A stretch of 32,000 nucleotides of DNA from Opitutales bacterium. GTDB taxonomy: Bacteria > Verrucomicrobiota > Verrucomicrobiia > Opitutales > Coraliomargaritaceae. A program made the translations under genes and the position numbers. The stretch lies in NCBI GenBank assembly GCA_049606355.1, contig JBMYVL010000002.1, positions 1 to 32,000 on the forward strand. The letters run 5' to 3'. The notes under the pieces were generated by a model that ran no database searches, was not told the origin of the DNA, and worked only from the letters and a program-made list of their open reading frames with translations. Positions 1 to 9,249 of the stretch are shown piece after piece (within the stretch, counting starts at the first letter, position 1; each line of letters begins with the position of its first letter).

Positions 1-478
1 CATTGGTACGTAATAAGCGATCCGTCTCCAAACTACTGCCGAAATCCATCAGCATGTCAGAGTCGACTTCACCGGTCTCGCTATCGAAAGAACTATATTC
101 AATACTGAGACTCGGGTCGTCCTCGTCGGAGGCGGGGTTGGTCTGCCCCCAATGAACAACAAGGATGATCTCCGCTTGGCTGCTTTTCTCGGCCATAATA
201 TAACGGCGCTTGAGTAACTCTTGTTTTAAGGCATACGCCACTTCCTTGAAACGAATCGCCTCTTCATCAGCTTCGTATTCGGCGGCTTTGTATTTGCCCT
301 CGTGGAAAATATACTGTTCGGCAATCGGTCGACCCTCTGCATCGGTCGTTCGTACGTAGTCCGCGCGTGCTTTGGCACGCACCAGCACATCCACCGCTTC
401 GACTTGTATGGAACTAACGAATAGGAGGGCGACCCCTAAAAGTCGGCGAGTGGTGGAGTGCAGTAGAAGGGTCAGCAT
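1..478 (-). CDS. hypothetical secreted protein, N-terminal part only (ORF runs off the left window edge)
   Basis: Manual minus-strand translation from the ATG at 478 gives MLTLLLHSTTRRLLGVALLFVSSIQVEAVDVLVRAKARADYVRTTDAEGRPIAEQYIFHEGKYK... It stays open for 159 codons to the window edge. The N-terminus is hydrophobic and signal-peptide-like, and the distal part is acidic. It is absent from the ORF track because no stop lies in the window. No family recognised. Confidence 0.5.
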   Translation of the reverse strand, partial: MLTLLLHSTTRRLLGVALLFVSSIQVEAVDVLVRAKARADYVRTTDAEGRPIAEQYIFHEGKYKAAEYEADEEAIRFKEVAYALKQELLKRRYIMAEKSSQAEIILVVHWGQTNPASDEDDPSLSIEYSSFDSETGEVDSDMLMDFGSSLETDRLLRTN

Positions 479-670
479 GCTAAATAAATCCAGCAAACCA
501 GCGCCAATGTCAAGTATCCGCCGGCGGCTGCCTGCGCCTGACTCGGACGAGTTCGCAAGGCACTTCAAGGCACGACTGCTACTGCTCTTCTCCCGGCCCG
601 TTTGGTGGGAAATTTGAACTTAAGCCTTATACCTCACCTATCTGCAGTTTATAATTACCCCATCAGCTGT

Positions 671-1609
671 TTATTGTGAGTCGGAGATTCTTTTTAAGAG
701 CGCTTCAGGTAAAGTTGGCGTTGCAGAATCCTGCGTGCAAACAAAGGCGCCAACGTGATTTGCGCTTTCATTGATCTCTTGCAGGGGTACTCCAGCCAGC
801 AAGCCAATACAAAGGGTGGCGGTGAAGGAATCACCTGCACCGACGGTATTGACCGCTGTTACATCAATTCCGGAGTGCTCGTGTCGCGCCTCAGGAGTAA
901 TGAGAAGACTGCCGTTTGCGCCTCGAGTGTAGGCGATCAGTTTGAGGTTAAATCGGTGCATGATGTGCAGCAGCTGCTCGTCGGTAGAGCCGTGAATGGC
1001 AAGCATCTCTACCAGTTGAGGTAACTCATCATCGCTGATTTTGAGAACATGGCAGGCCTCCAGTGATTCAAGTATGGAGGCTTTGTTATACAGTTGCTGC
1101 CTTAAGTTGATATCAAAAATGATCCATGCAGTTTCCGGCACTGACATAAGGAAATGTTTGAGTGTCAATCGAGTCACCGGATTGAGTAGTCCCAAAGTAC
1201 CAAAGCAGAGTGCGTCGATTTGAGCCGCGAGGGTATCGATTGCTGGCCGTCGAGTCAGATGTTCCCATGCTGTATCCCGGTGGATGGTAAATGCATGGCT
1301 GCCGGTTGTATCGATCCTTATGTCAACCTTGCCTGTCGGATGTGCATCGGACCGGAAGACATAGTCCCGCGGGATCCCTCGCGCTTCTAAAGCACGGAGC
1401 AGTTCGTCGCCCGCTAAATCAGTTCCCACCGAACTGATCGGATAACTTTCAGCACCGAATTGCTGGCAATGATAGCAAAAGTTTAAGGGCGCTCCACCCA
1501 GTCTTTTTCCAGTTGGGAAGTGATCCCAAAGAACCTCTCCAATTCCAGCTATACGAAACGGTGGGCGTGCTTGCTCCGCTCTCTGCTTATGCTGTTCTGT
1601 TGTGCGCAT
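671..1609 (-). CDS. PfkB-family carbohydrate kinase (fructokinase-like)
   Basis: N-terminal GIGEVLWDHFP...RLGGAPLNF and C-terminal NTVGAGDSFTA motifs are typical of the ribokinase/PfkB superfamily. The 312 aa length fits. Substrate cannot be assigned from sequence by eye. Confidence 0.8.
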   Translation of the reverse strand: MRTTEQHKQRAEQARPPFRIAGIGEVLWDHFPTGKRLGGAPLNFCYHCQQFGAESYPISSVGTDLAGDELLRALEARGIPRDYVFRSDAHPTGKVDIRIDTTGSHAFTIHRDTAWEHLTRRPAIDTLAAQIDALCFGTLGLLNPVTRLTLKHFLMSVPETAWIIFDINLRQQLYNKASILESLEACHVLKISDDELPQLVEMLAIHGSTDEQLLHIMHRFNLKLIAYTRGANGSLLITPEARHEHSGIDVTAVNTVGAGDSFTATLCIGLLAGVPLQEINESANHVGAFVCTQDSATPTLPEALLKRISDSQ

Positions 1610-1885
1610 GGAGTGGGTTTGCTTTAAAGCTAGTGCTCAGATTATTTTACTTTTCAATCAATGGCACGCACGCCGTCATCTCGGACTTGTGGTAGAGGTC
1701 GATATTATTGAGGGTTTGAGCCGATCGGTTGCAGCCACTCGCATTGTCGGCTGTCTGTTGGTCGCTCCTGGCGAGACGATCTCGCGCAACGGGAAAATTT
1801 TCGGCTCAGTGAATGCTCAGTATTACCTCAGCCTCCGCTAGCATACGATCATTTGGAAATGAAACCCCAGGCCAAGCGTGTCGAC

Positions 1886-2827
1886 TCACTGCGCATTGAG
1901 TTTCACCAATTGTGCTAAGATCGCCTTTTGGGCGTGCAGGCGGTTTTCCGCTTCGTCGAAGATAATGCTCTGCGGGCTGTCGAGCACCGCTTGCGTCACC
2001 TCCTCGCCAGCGTGAGCGGGTAGGCAGTGCATGAAGACGGCGTCAGACTTTGCGAGCGCCATTAAATCGCGGGTCACCCGGTAAGGAGCCATCTCGGTCT
2101 TGCGTGTCTCAGCTTCCGCTTCATCGCCCATGGAGACCCAGACATCGGTGTAGAGTACATCAGCGTCCTGAGCGGCTTCGGTCGCATCGGTGGTGAAGGA
2201 GAACTTGACCGGTAAGTCATCGCGCTGAAGCGCGTCGCGAATACTGCTTTGGGGTGCGAACTCCTGCGGCCCAGCGAGAACAATCTCCATGCCAAACATC
2301 GCCGCACTTAAAATCCAAGAGTTGGCCATGTTACTCGCGCAATCACCGAAGAAGGCGATTTTTTTACCCCGCAAGGTTTGGATGTCCATGCTATCGGGTG
2401 AGTAGCGTTCCAACAGCGTGAAGAGATCGGTGTACAGTTGGCAGGGGTGGTTGAAGTCGGTGAGACCATTGACGATTGGAATACTTCCCTGTGCTGCAAA
2501 TTCTTCAACGATCGCATGCGCATAGGTGCGGATAACTAAGCCCTGCAAGTAGCGCGACATCACTTTAGCGGTATCGCTTACTGTCTCGCCGCGGTTGATC
2601 TGTGTTTGGTCAGTGTTGAGCACGACGGGGAAGCCGCCGAGTTCATTGATGCCGACTTCAAATGAGATGCGCGTACGTGTGCTGCTTTTGTAGAAGAGTA
2701 GCCCCCAGGACTGCTTCGCTAAGGAGCTGGGGCAGTTGTGGCGATCTTGTTTAAACGCTCTCGCTTGCGCAAATACGGCTTGTGCCTGTTCGAGAGAGAA
2801 GTCGGTTTCTTTTAGGAAATGATGCAT
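1886..2827 (-). CDS. argF: ornithine carbamoyltransferase
   Basis: Carries the STRTR carbamoyl-phosphate motif, HPCQ, the DVWVSMG ornithine (SMG) loop and HCLPA. It is the last gene of the arg cluster. Confidence 0.9.
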   Translation of the reverse strand: MHHFLKETDFSLEQAQAVFAQARAFKQDRHNCPSSLAKQSWGLLFYKSSTRTRISFEVGINELGGFPVVLNTDQTQINRGETVSDTAKVMSRYLQGLVIRTYAHAIVEEFAAQGSIPIVNGLTDFNHPCQLYTDLFTLLERYSPDSMDIQTLRGKKIAFFGDCASNMANSWILSAAMFGMEIVLAGPQEFAPQSSIRDALQRDDLPVKFSFTTDATEAAQDADVLYTDVWVSMGDEAEAETRKTEMAPYRVTRDLMALAKSDAVFMHCLPAHAGEEVTQAVLDSPQSIIFDEAENRLHAQKAILAQLVKLNAQ

Positions 2828-2850
2828 GGGTAATCGATCTTAGATTCGTA

Positions 2851-4032
2851 TTAGCTGAGTTCCGAGAAAACGGCATCGAGAATGCGTACACTCTCGGCGA
2901 GATCATCCTGGGTTGCGATTAGTGCAGGTAAAAGACGCAGGGTATTGTGCCCCGCAGGGACGACTAGCAGGCCTTGTTCGCGTGCGAGAGTAGTAACTTC
3001 CGCTGCATTGGCAGACAGCGCGAGGCCGACCATGTAGCCGCGCCCGCGTACTTCAGTGATGTGCTGTGGATAGCTGTCGGCTAAGGACTTTAAATCCGCA
3101 TGCCATGGACGACTGTTGTCGGCAACTGCTTGGATTAAGTGTTCGGTTTCGATGATATCGAGGACGGCGTTTGCTGCGGCTGCGGCCAAAGGGTTGCCGC
3201 CGAAGGTGGTCCCGTGTGAGCCTGGCTGGAAAAGCTCTGCATAGTCCTCTGCCGTCCAGATCGCCCCAATGGGAAAGCCGCCGCCAAGCCCTTTAGCCAT
3301 ACCGATCGCATCCGGTATGATGCCACTCTCCTGGTACGCAAAAAAATGTCCGCTGCGACCGATTCCACACTGGACTTCATCGAGGATTAGGAGCGCGCCG
3401 CGCTCGGTGCAGAGCGCTCTCAATTCACGCAGAAAGCTGGCCTCGGCGGGAAAGATGCCACCTTCTCCTTGAATGGATTCAATAAAGACCGCTGCGACCG
3501 CATTGTCGACTTGTTGGTCAAAGCTTTCGATGCAGTTGAGTTCGGCAACTCTAAAGCCATCGAGGAGGGGGCGGAAGCCATCCTGGACCTTTGCTTGTGG
3601 CGTCGCAGACATGCCGCCAAAGGTGCGCCCGTGGAAGGCGTTTTGCGCGCCGACGATGGTGTAGCGTTGCGCTTCAGCGCCGGCGATGCCCTGGCCATAC
3701 AGTCGTGCCAGCTTGATCAGGGCTTCATTGGCCTCGGCACCACTGTTGCAGAACAAAACTTTTCCAGGACCTGCCTGTTGTACGAGCCGATCCGCCAGCT
3801 TCTGTTGGCCTGGGATTCCATATAAATTACTGCAATGCGCCAGCTGCGCAGTCTGTCGCTGTAGCGCCGCAACCCAATCGGGGTGAGAGTGGCCGACTGA
3901 ATTAACTGCGATGCCACTACCAAAATCCAGATAACGCTTCCCTGTGGTATCGTATAAATACATACCTTCCCCACGTTCGGCGTTAAACGCCGGTGGTCCA
4001 TAATTCTGCATCAAGCTGGGGTGGTGTTTCAT
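2851..4032 (-). CDS. argD: acetylornithine aminotransferase (class III PLP aminotransferase)
   Basis: Shows GSGIAVNSVGHSHP, LILDEVQCGIGRSG and the PLP-lysine region GMAKGLGGGFPIGA. Sits between argB and argF. The MQNYG methionine 21 nt downstream is an alternative start. Confidence 0.9.
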   Translation of the reverse strand: MKHHPSLMQNYGPPAFNAERGEGMYLYDTTGKRYLDFGSGIAVNSVGHSHPDWVAALQRQTAQLAHCSNLYGIPGQQKLADRLVQQAGPGKVLFCNSGAEANEALIKLARLYGQGIAGAEAQRYTIVGAQNAFHGRTFGGMSATPQAKVQDGFRPLLDGFRVAELNCIESFDQQVDNAVAAVFIESIQGEGGIFPAEASFLRELRALCTERGALLILDEVQCGIGRSGHFFAYQESGIIPDAIGMAKGLGGGFPIGAIWTAEDYAELFQPGSHGTTFGGNPLAAAAANAVLDIIETEHLIQAVADNSRPWHADLKSLADSYPQHITEVRGRGYMVGLALSANAAEVTTLAREQGLLVVPAGHNTLRLLPALIATQDDLAESVRILDAVFSELS

Positions 4033-4047
4033 CTGCAGTCTGAGGCG

Positions 4048-4938
4048 TTAAGCATTGACGATTTCCGTACCGACACCCTTGTCGGTAAAAATTTCAAGAA
4101 GTAAGCTATGTGGTTGTTCACCGTCGATGAAGTGAACGCGGTGAACGCCACTACTGAGAGCTTTAACCGCACTCTCAGTTTTGGGTATCATGCCCTTATT
4201 AATGACTCCAGTATCCACTAAGCCGCCAAGCTCTTGGGCTTTGATTGACGATATCAGCGACTCAGGATCATTGATGTCATGCATCAATCCGGGTACATCA
4301 CAAAGGTAGACTAAACGGCGCGCCCGCAGCGCCGCGGCAACTTTACCCGCGGCTGCATCGGCATTCGTATTATAAATCTGCCCCTCTTCATCGCAGGCGA
4401 TCGGTGAGATGACGGGAATATATCCATCATTGAGAGCCTTCTTGATAATCTTGGTTTTCACCGTATGCGTTTCGCCGACGAAGCCGAGATCGATGGTCTG
4501 GCCGTTGAGGGAGACCTGCTTGGGGTCACACACTAAAAGATTATTTCCGGGGATGCCGAGCGGTCGCGCATTCTTAGCCTGAAGAATTTCGCAGATCTCA
4601 AGATTCACCTGTTGGTTGAGCGTCTGCTCGACGACTTTGACGGAAGCGGCATCCGTAACGCGCAAGCCATGTTCAAAGTGACTTTCGACCTGTGCAGCGG
4701 CGAGCGCCCGTGTGATCGCTTTGCCACCGCCATGCACGACGACGACCTTGATGCCGGCAGCATGTAAGAAGGCGATGTCGGTGGCTACACGCGTACGCAC
4801 CTCAGGATCGGCATCATCCATGAAGGCACCACCATACTTAACTACAAAAATAGCGTCACGGAAACGCTGGATGTAGGGGAGCGCCTCCAGCAGTACACCG
4901 GCTTTAGTTGTTACATCAAGTTGTTGAAGATCGGTCAT
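4048..4938 (-). CDS. argB: acetylglutamate kinase
   Basis: Carries the amino-acid-kinase motifs VVKYGG, VVVHGGG and NTNAD. The 296 aa length and arg-cluster context fit. Confidence 0.92.
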   Translation of the reverse strand: MTDLQQLDVTTKAGVLLEALPYIQRFRDAIFVVKYGGAFMDDADPEVRTRVATDIAFLHAAGIKVVVVHGGGKAITRALAAAQVESHFEHGLRVTDAASVKVVEQTLNQQVNLEICEILQAKNARPLGIPGNNLLVCDPKQVSLNGQTIDLGFVGETHTVKTKIIKKALNDGYIPVISPIACDEEGQIYNTNADAAAGKVAAALRARRLVYLCDVPGLMHDINDPESLISSIKAQELGGLVDTGVINKGMIPKTESAVKALSSGVHRVHFIDGEQPHSLLLEIFTDKGVGTEIVNA

Positions 4939-4991
4939 CTTTTGTGGACTGCGGCCTCGCGCAGTGAAATCGATTGAGTCCTTGCGATTGC

Positions 4992-6227
4992 CTATTCGGA
5001 TTTGTTGAAGGCGACGTAAGCCTCGCTCAAGTCTGAGGTGAGGAGGCGGAAACTGCCTTCACCCTGATTGAGGTTGAGGGTAATGCGGAAGCGGTTTTTA
5101 GCGACGATCGCTTTCCATTGAGCTAAGTTGCTATCCTGCGGCCGCCCAGCGATTAAGGCGGGGCAGTCATCATAGTGAATATCGAAGCAGCGTTCATCCA
5201 GGCCGACGCGGGCATAGCCAGCTGCATCTGCAAGCCGCCCCCAGTTCGGGTCGGCTCCATACCAAGAGGTTTTGACCAGTAAGGAATTGCCGACGGCTCG
5301 AGCAACTTTTTCGGCATCAGCAGTGCTCTTGCAGCCTGAGACAATCAATTCAACTAACTTGGTAACCTTTTCCCCATCGCCGACGATTTTTTCAGCCATG
5401 GCATCGCAGACCAAATAAAGAGCGTTTCGGAAGGCTTCCAGTAGCTCTGGAGATGTATCGGCAGCGAGGCCAGATTGCCCATTGGCAAAGAGCAGTACTG
5501 TATCATTCGTGCTCATGTCGCCATCAACGGAGATGCAGTTAAAGGTCCGATCGCAGGCCTCTTTAATTAACGGTTGCAGTAGCGCGTTGTCGGCACGCAG
5601 ATCAGTGACGAGGTATGCTAGCATGGTCGCCATGTTTGGCTCGATCATACCGGCACCCTTAGCCATGCCTGCAACAGTGATGGTGGTGCCTTGATAGACA
5701 AACTGAGCTGTGGCTACTTTGCGGCGCGTATCAGAAGTGAGGATTGCGTCGGCGGCAGCATGAGAGGCTTGTGTCGACGCCTCAAGTTGCCGTGCCGCCG
5801 CAGCGATGCCGGATTCGATACGTGCCATGGGTAGGGCACGTCCGATACGGCCCGTCGAGCAAACCAAGAATGGGGCGTCGCAGCCGGTGTGCTGTTGTGC
5901 GAGCGCATCCATCTGTTGTGCATCCCGGGTGCCTTGGTCGCCGGTTGCTGCGTTGGCATTGCCACTGTTGATCACGCAACCCCCAATATGATTGGGATTG
6001 TTGGCGAGTGTCGATTGGCACTGCTTGACTGGAGCCGCGCAGACATCATTCAAGGTGAAGACACCGGCAGCGGAACAGGGCGCATCTGCAGTTAGGAGCG
6101 CCAAATCAAGCCGCTCGGTGTCGCCCGTTTCGCGAATATCGCAAGCTATCCCGGTTGTTTTAAAACCTGGGCAATCGCTCACCCCATTGGGCTCTGCGAT
6201 TAATTCGACTGTAAGGGGGGATGCCAT
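4992..6227 (-). CDS. argJ: bifunctional glutamate N-acetyltransferase / amino-acid acetyltransferase ArgJ
   Basis: Shows GFKTTGIACDIR, AAGVFTLNDVCAAPV and the autoproteolytic NMATMLAY site. The ORF track starts at 6296, which overlaps the argC 3' end by 32 nt. I prefer the ATG at 6227 (MASPLTVELI...) because it gives the usual ~20 aa before the GF motif. The start is uncertain. Confidence 0.88.
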   Translation of the reverse strand: MASPLTVELIAEPNGVSDCPGFKTTGIACDIRETGDTERLDLALLTADAPCSAAGVFTLNDVCAAPVKQCQSTLANNPNHIGGCVINSGNANAATGDQGTRDAQQMDALAQQHTGCDAPFLVCSTGRIGRALPMARIESGIAAAARQLEASTQASHAAADAILTSDTRRKVATAQFVYQGTTITVAGMAKGAGMIEPNMATMLAYLVTDLRADNALLQPLIKEACDRTFNCISVDGDMSTNDTVLLFANGQSGLAADTSPELLEAFRNALYLVCDAMAEKIVGDGEKVTKLVELIVSGCKSTADAEKVARAVGNSLLVKTSWYGADPNWGRLADAAGYARVGLDERCFDIHYDDCPALIAGRPQDSNLAQWKAIVAKNRFRITLNLNQGEGSFRLLTSDLSEAYVAFNKSE

Positions 6228-6264
6228 TTCAAAGTGGAGGGATTTTCGTGTCGCAATCGATTCT

Positions 6265-7287
6265 TTAAATGAGCCCGGCAGTTTCCGCGTAGCCATATTT
6301 CAAGTTCATCAGTTGCACGGCTTGGCCACCTGCACCTTTGAGCAGATTATCAATGGCGGAGGTGATCACGAAATTCTCCGTCCGCTCATCGTAGACTACC
6401 GCCATGTCGCAGCGATTGGTGCCCACCACCAATTTGGTGTCGGGCAAGCTGCCTTCCGGCAGCACCTGTACAAACGGCTTGTCATCGTAGGTTTGTGCCC
6501 AGGTGCTCCGCACTTGCTCTAGGCTAGCCTTGGCCTTCGCGACAATTGTCGTATGGATGCCACGCGACATCGGCACGAGGTGTGGGTTGAACTGCACCAC
6601 GCAGTCTGTGAAGGCAGCACGTTCGAGTTGCTCCTCGATTTCAGACAGGTGCCGATGCATGGGCAAGCCATACGCTTTCACGCTTTCGTTGCGCTCACAG
6701 TAAATGAAATCTTCAGCGACTTTCCGCCCTGCGCCACTCACGCCACTGTAGCTATTAATAACAATACCTTTGGCACCAATGAGACCTGCCCGTAGGAGCG
6801 GGATCAGCGGGAGTTGCACACTAGTGGGGTAACATCCAGGGCAGGCGATCAGTGAAGCTTCTTTCCATGTGGCGTCTGCGAGTTCCGGAATCACATAGGG
6901 GGCAGCATCCAGTAGGTGCGGCGCCGGGTGTGGCTGGCCATAGTAAGCCTCATAATTCCGAGCGGTGCTGAGCCTGAAGTCAGCGCTGAGATCGATCACG
7001 GTTTTACCTGCTTGAAAGAGTGGATCGGCAAATTCAGAAGCGACGCCGTGTGGTAGGGCGAGAAAGTAGCAATCCAGTGCTTCATTTTTCGCTAGTTCCT
7101 CAGGGTTGGAATCCGTAAAACAGAGATCGCCCACGGCATGCCGTAGAGCAGGTATGGCATCCGCTACCCGTTTGCCGCTGAGTGAGCGCGAGGTAACTGC
7201 CGCTAACTCGACTTCTGGATGCCGAGTGAGTAGCTTGACGAGTTCCTCTCCGGAGTATCCGGAGGCGCCGATAATCGCTGCTTTCAT
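6265..7287 (-). CDS. argC: N-acetyl-gamma-glutamyl-phosphate reductase
   Basis: Shows the MKAAIIGASGYSGEEL NAD(P) fold and the catalytic-cysteine motif ACPGCYPTS. The track ORF extends to 7353 but would run into the upstream terminator. The ATG at 7287 gives the canonical N-terminus. Confidence 0.9.
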   Translation of the reverse strand: MKAAIIGASGYSGEELVKLLTRHPEVELAAVTSRSLSGKRVADAIPALRHAVGDLCFTDSNPEELAKNEALDCYFLALPHGVASEFADPLFQAGKTVIDLSADFRLSTARNYEAYYGQPHPAPHLLDAAPYVIPELADATWKEASLIACPGCYPTSVQLPLIPLLRAGLIGAKGIVINSYSGVSGAGRKVAEDFIYCERNESVKAYGLPMHRHLSEIEEQLERAAFTDCVVQFNPHLVPMSRGIHTTIVAKAKASLEQVRSTWAQTYDDKPFVQVLPEGSLPDTKLVVGTNRCDMAVVYDERTENFVITSAIDNLLKGAGGQAVQLMNLKYGYAETAGLI

Positions 7288-7328
7288 GGGTGGATCTGTA
7301 TAGGGTAAACTGCGCTGGGTAAAATAGG

Positions 7329-7380
<52 letters not shown>

Positions 7381-7407
7381 AAAAAATGCGTCCTTGCCGC
7401 GTAGTAA

Positions 7408-7800
7408 TTAACGCTTGGAGAATTGGAAACGCTTCCGTGCGCCAGGTTGACCAGACTTTTTGCGCTCGCGGCTGCGAGGGTCGCGTTTCATGTGGCCATC
7501 CTTCTTGAGGGGTGAGCGGAGCTCTTCGTTGAGTTTCTCAAGTGCACGAGCAATACCGAGACGTGTGGCACCCGCTTGTCCATTCAGGCCACCCCCTTGG
7601 GCTTTGATGGTGATGTCTACTTGATCACTCATTTCGACTGTGGCCAGTGGCGAGAGGGCAGCGCGGGTGAAGTCTTCCGCCTTGAAATAATCTTCGGGGG
7701 CTTTGCCGTTCACAACGACTTTTCCAGTGCCGCGTGTGAGGCGGACGCGTGCGGTAGCGGTCTTGCGACGACCGACGGTTACGTATGTTTGTTCGCTCAT
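7408..7800 (-). CDS. rpsI: 30S ribosomal protein S9
   Basis: Shows GRRKTATARV, GGGLNGQAGATRLGIARAL and a C-terminal basic tail ending KR. Confidence 0.97.
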   Translation of the reverse strand: MSEQTYVTVGRRKTATARVRLTRGTGKVVVNGKAPEDYFKAEDFTRAALSPLATVEMSDQVDITIKAQGGGLNGQAGATRLGIARALEKLNEELRSPLKKDGHMKRDPRSRERKKSGQPGARKRFQFSKR

Positions 7801-7835
7801 GTGTGTGCGTGTAAAATGGATAGTGATATACTGGC

Positions 7836-8261
7836 TTATGCCAAGGGTTTCGGCTGCTGGGCTTGGTAAGGATGCTCCGATCCAGCGTGCACTTTAAGCT
7901 TTTTGATCATTTGGCGGCCGAGGCGGTTGCGGGGCAACATGCCTTTGACTGCGTGCTCAATGATAAACTCGGGCTTCTTGCTGCGCATATCAGCCATGCT
8001 GACATAACTGTCGCCGCCCATCCAACCGGAGTAGAACATGTAGCGCTTGTCTTCATTCTTGTTGCCGGAAACTTTGATCTTCTCGGCATTGATGACGACG
8101 ACGAAGTCACCCGTATCTGCATGGGGTGTATAAGTCGGTTTGTGGCGACCGCGCAACACATTGGCAATTTTTACCGCAATACGACCGAGTGTCTCATCGG
8201 CAGCGTCAACAACATACCATGTCTTGGTGTGGTCAGAGTTAGTAGCTAAAGTCGTCTTCAT
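7836..8261 (-). CDS. rplM: 50S ribosomal protein L13
   Basis: Shows WYVVDAADETLGRIAVKIANVLRGRHKPTYTPH and GDFVVVINAEKI. The conserved rplM-rpsI pairing is present. Confidence 0.97.
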   Translation of the reverse strand: MKTTLATNSDHTKTWYVVDAADETLGRIAVKIANVLRGRHKPTYTPHADTGDFVVVINAEKIKVSGNKNEDKRYMFYSGWMGGDSYVSMADMRSKKPEFIIEHAVKGMLPRNRLGRQMIKKLKVHAGSEHPYQAQQPKPLA

Positions 8262-8415
8262 GTTTTTGGAAAAGCGGTGAACAGTAAAATTGACGACTCC
8301 ACTGTCAATGGGAATTTTGCCGTTTTTTAGCGCTCAGCCGCTTTTTTATTGCAAACACTTGAGGCTGACCCATTTTGCACTGTTTTTCCAAGTTCAACTA
8401 AACGGAGTACTTACT

Positions 8416-8625
8416 TTGAGAGACGACTATTTAAAAGAAGCGCAGAAGGTGATTACCGACCCGATGATTTTGATCAACGTGGTATCACGTCGTGCCAAGC
8501 AGTTGAAAAATGGCTATAAGCCATTAATTGAATCGCTGGAGCGTCTGACTGCAGAAGATATGGCGCTGCGTGAAATCATGGAAGGTAAGATCACTTACCA
8601 GCTAGACGAGCCGGAGGAAGTTTAA
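8416..8625 (+). CDS. rpoZ: DNA-directed RNA polymerase subunit omega
   Basis: The core ...ILINVVSRRAKQLKNG... matches the omega helix motif. The track ORF begins at TTG 8290, but its first 42 residues are hydrophobic junk. The in-frame TTG at 8416 has GGAG 8 nt upstream and gives a typical 69 aa omega. Confidence 0.7.
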   Translation: MRDDYLKEAQKVITDPMILINVVSRRAKQLKNGYKPLIESLERLTAEDMALREIMEGKITYQLDEPEEV

Positions 8626-8690
8626 CGGTTCGGATGCGGCTGGCACTGCCGTTGACATTCGGTGACTTCATGTCATCCAACTTTTTGAGC

Positions 8691-8723
8691 GCGGGACAAG
8701 CAACGGTCCCGCTTTCATTTTCT
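8691..8723 (+). terminator. hairpin plus T-tract after rpoZ, abutting the smpB start
   Basis: GCGGGAC-aagcaacg-GTCCCGC forms a 7-bp GC-rich stem followed by TTTCATTTTCT. The T-tract is interrupted, so strength is uncertain. Confidence 0.5.
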
Positions 8724-8727
8724 ACCG

Positions 8728-9204
8728 ATGAGTGCTAAGAAGAAATCTGCGGACGATCGCTACAAGGAGATCCGTAATGCCAAAGCCACACATAATTATT
8801 TTGTGGGTGAGCGCTTTGAGGCTGGCTTAGCGCTATTGGGCACAGAAGTGAAAGCCATTCGTAGCGGTAATGCTCAAATCGGTGAATCCTTCTGCCGAGT
8901 CGATAAGGGGCAAGTCTGGCTTTTCAACGCCCATATCGGCGAATATAAGTTCGGGAATTTACAGAACCATCAACCGCGCCGTAAACGTAAGTTGTTACTG
9001 CACCGCCGTGAAATCAACAAGTTGATTGGTGCGATTGATGCCGGCGGCAAAACCTTGGTCCCACTGCGTATTTACATGAAGCACGGGTTAATCAAAGTAG
9101 AGATCGCGCTGTGCACGGGTAAAAAGCTTCACGATAAACGAGAGACTTTGAAGCGTAAGGTCTCGATGCGTGAGGCGGAGCGCGAGATGCGCGGACGCCG
9201 CTAA
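8728..9204 (+). CDS. smpB: SsrA-binding protein SmpB
   Basis: Shows NAKATHNYFV, GTEVKAIRSG, RRKRKLLLHRREINKL and LVPLRIYMKHGLIKVEIALCTGKKLHDKR, which are canonical SmpB. Confidence 0.95.
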   Translation: MSAKKKSADDRYKEIRNAKATHNYFVGERFEAGLALLGTEVKAIRSGNAQIGESFCRVDKGQVWLFNAHIGEYKFGNLQNHQPRRKRKLLLHRREINKLIGAIDAGGKTLVPLRIYMKHGLIKVEIALCTGKKLHDKRETLKRKVSMREAEREMRGRR

Positions 9205-9249
9205 CTTGTAGGAGCTCTACTTTGTTGCGTGCGCAGCCTGCTGCAGTGC

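Noticed and set aside
372-617. An 81 aa TTG-initiated ORF.
   Set aside because: It overlaps the N-terminal coding region of the better-supported minus-strand secreted-protein gene (1-478). Its translation is basic and low-complexity.
1602-1841. A 79 aa plus-strand ORF between pfkB and argF.
   Set aside because: It begins inside the pfkB start region, has no motif and no terminator, and is most likely promoter or leader DNA for pfkB.
6228-6296. A long argJ N-terminus overlapping argC by 32 nt, as a programmed overlap.
   Set aside because: The internal ATG at 6227 yields a canonical ArgJ N-terminus. The extension (MATRKLPGSFKESIATRKSLHFE) has no conserved features, so it is most likely an ORF-caller artefact.
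5992-6522. A 176 aa plus-strand ORF spanning the argJ/argC junction, and the many other 60-150 aa ORFs antisense to argD, argJ, hppA, leuB, leuS and alaS.
   Set aside because: These are shadow ORFs opposite or out of frame within genes with unambiguous family motifs. Their translations are Arg/Ser/Pro/Cys-rich low-complexity sequence.
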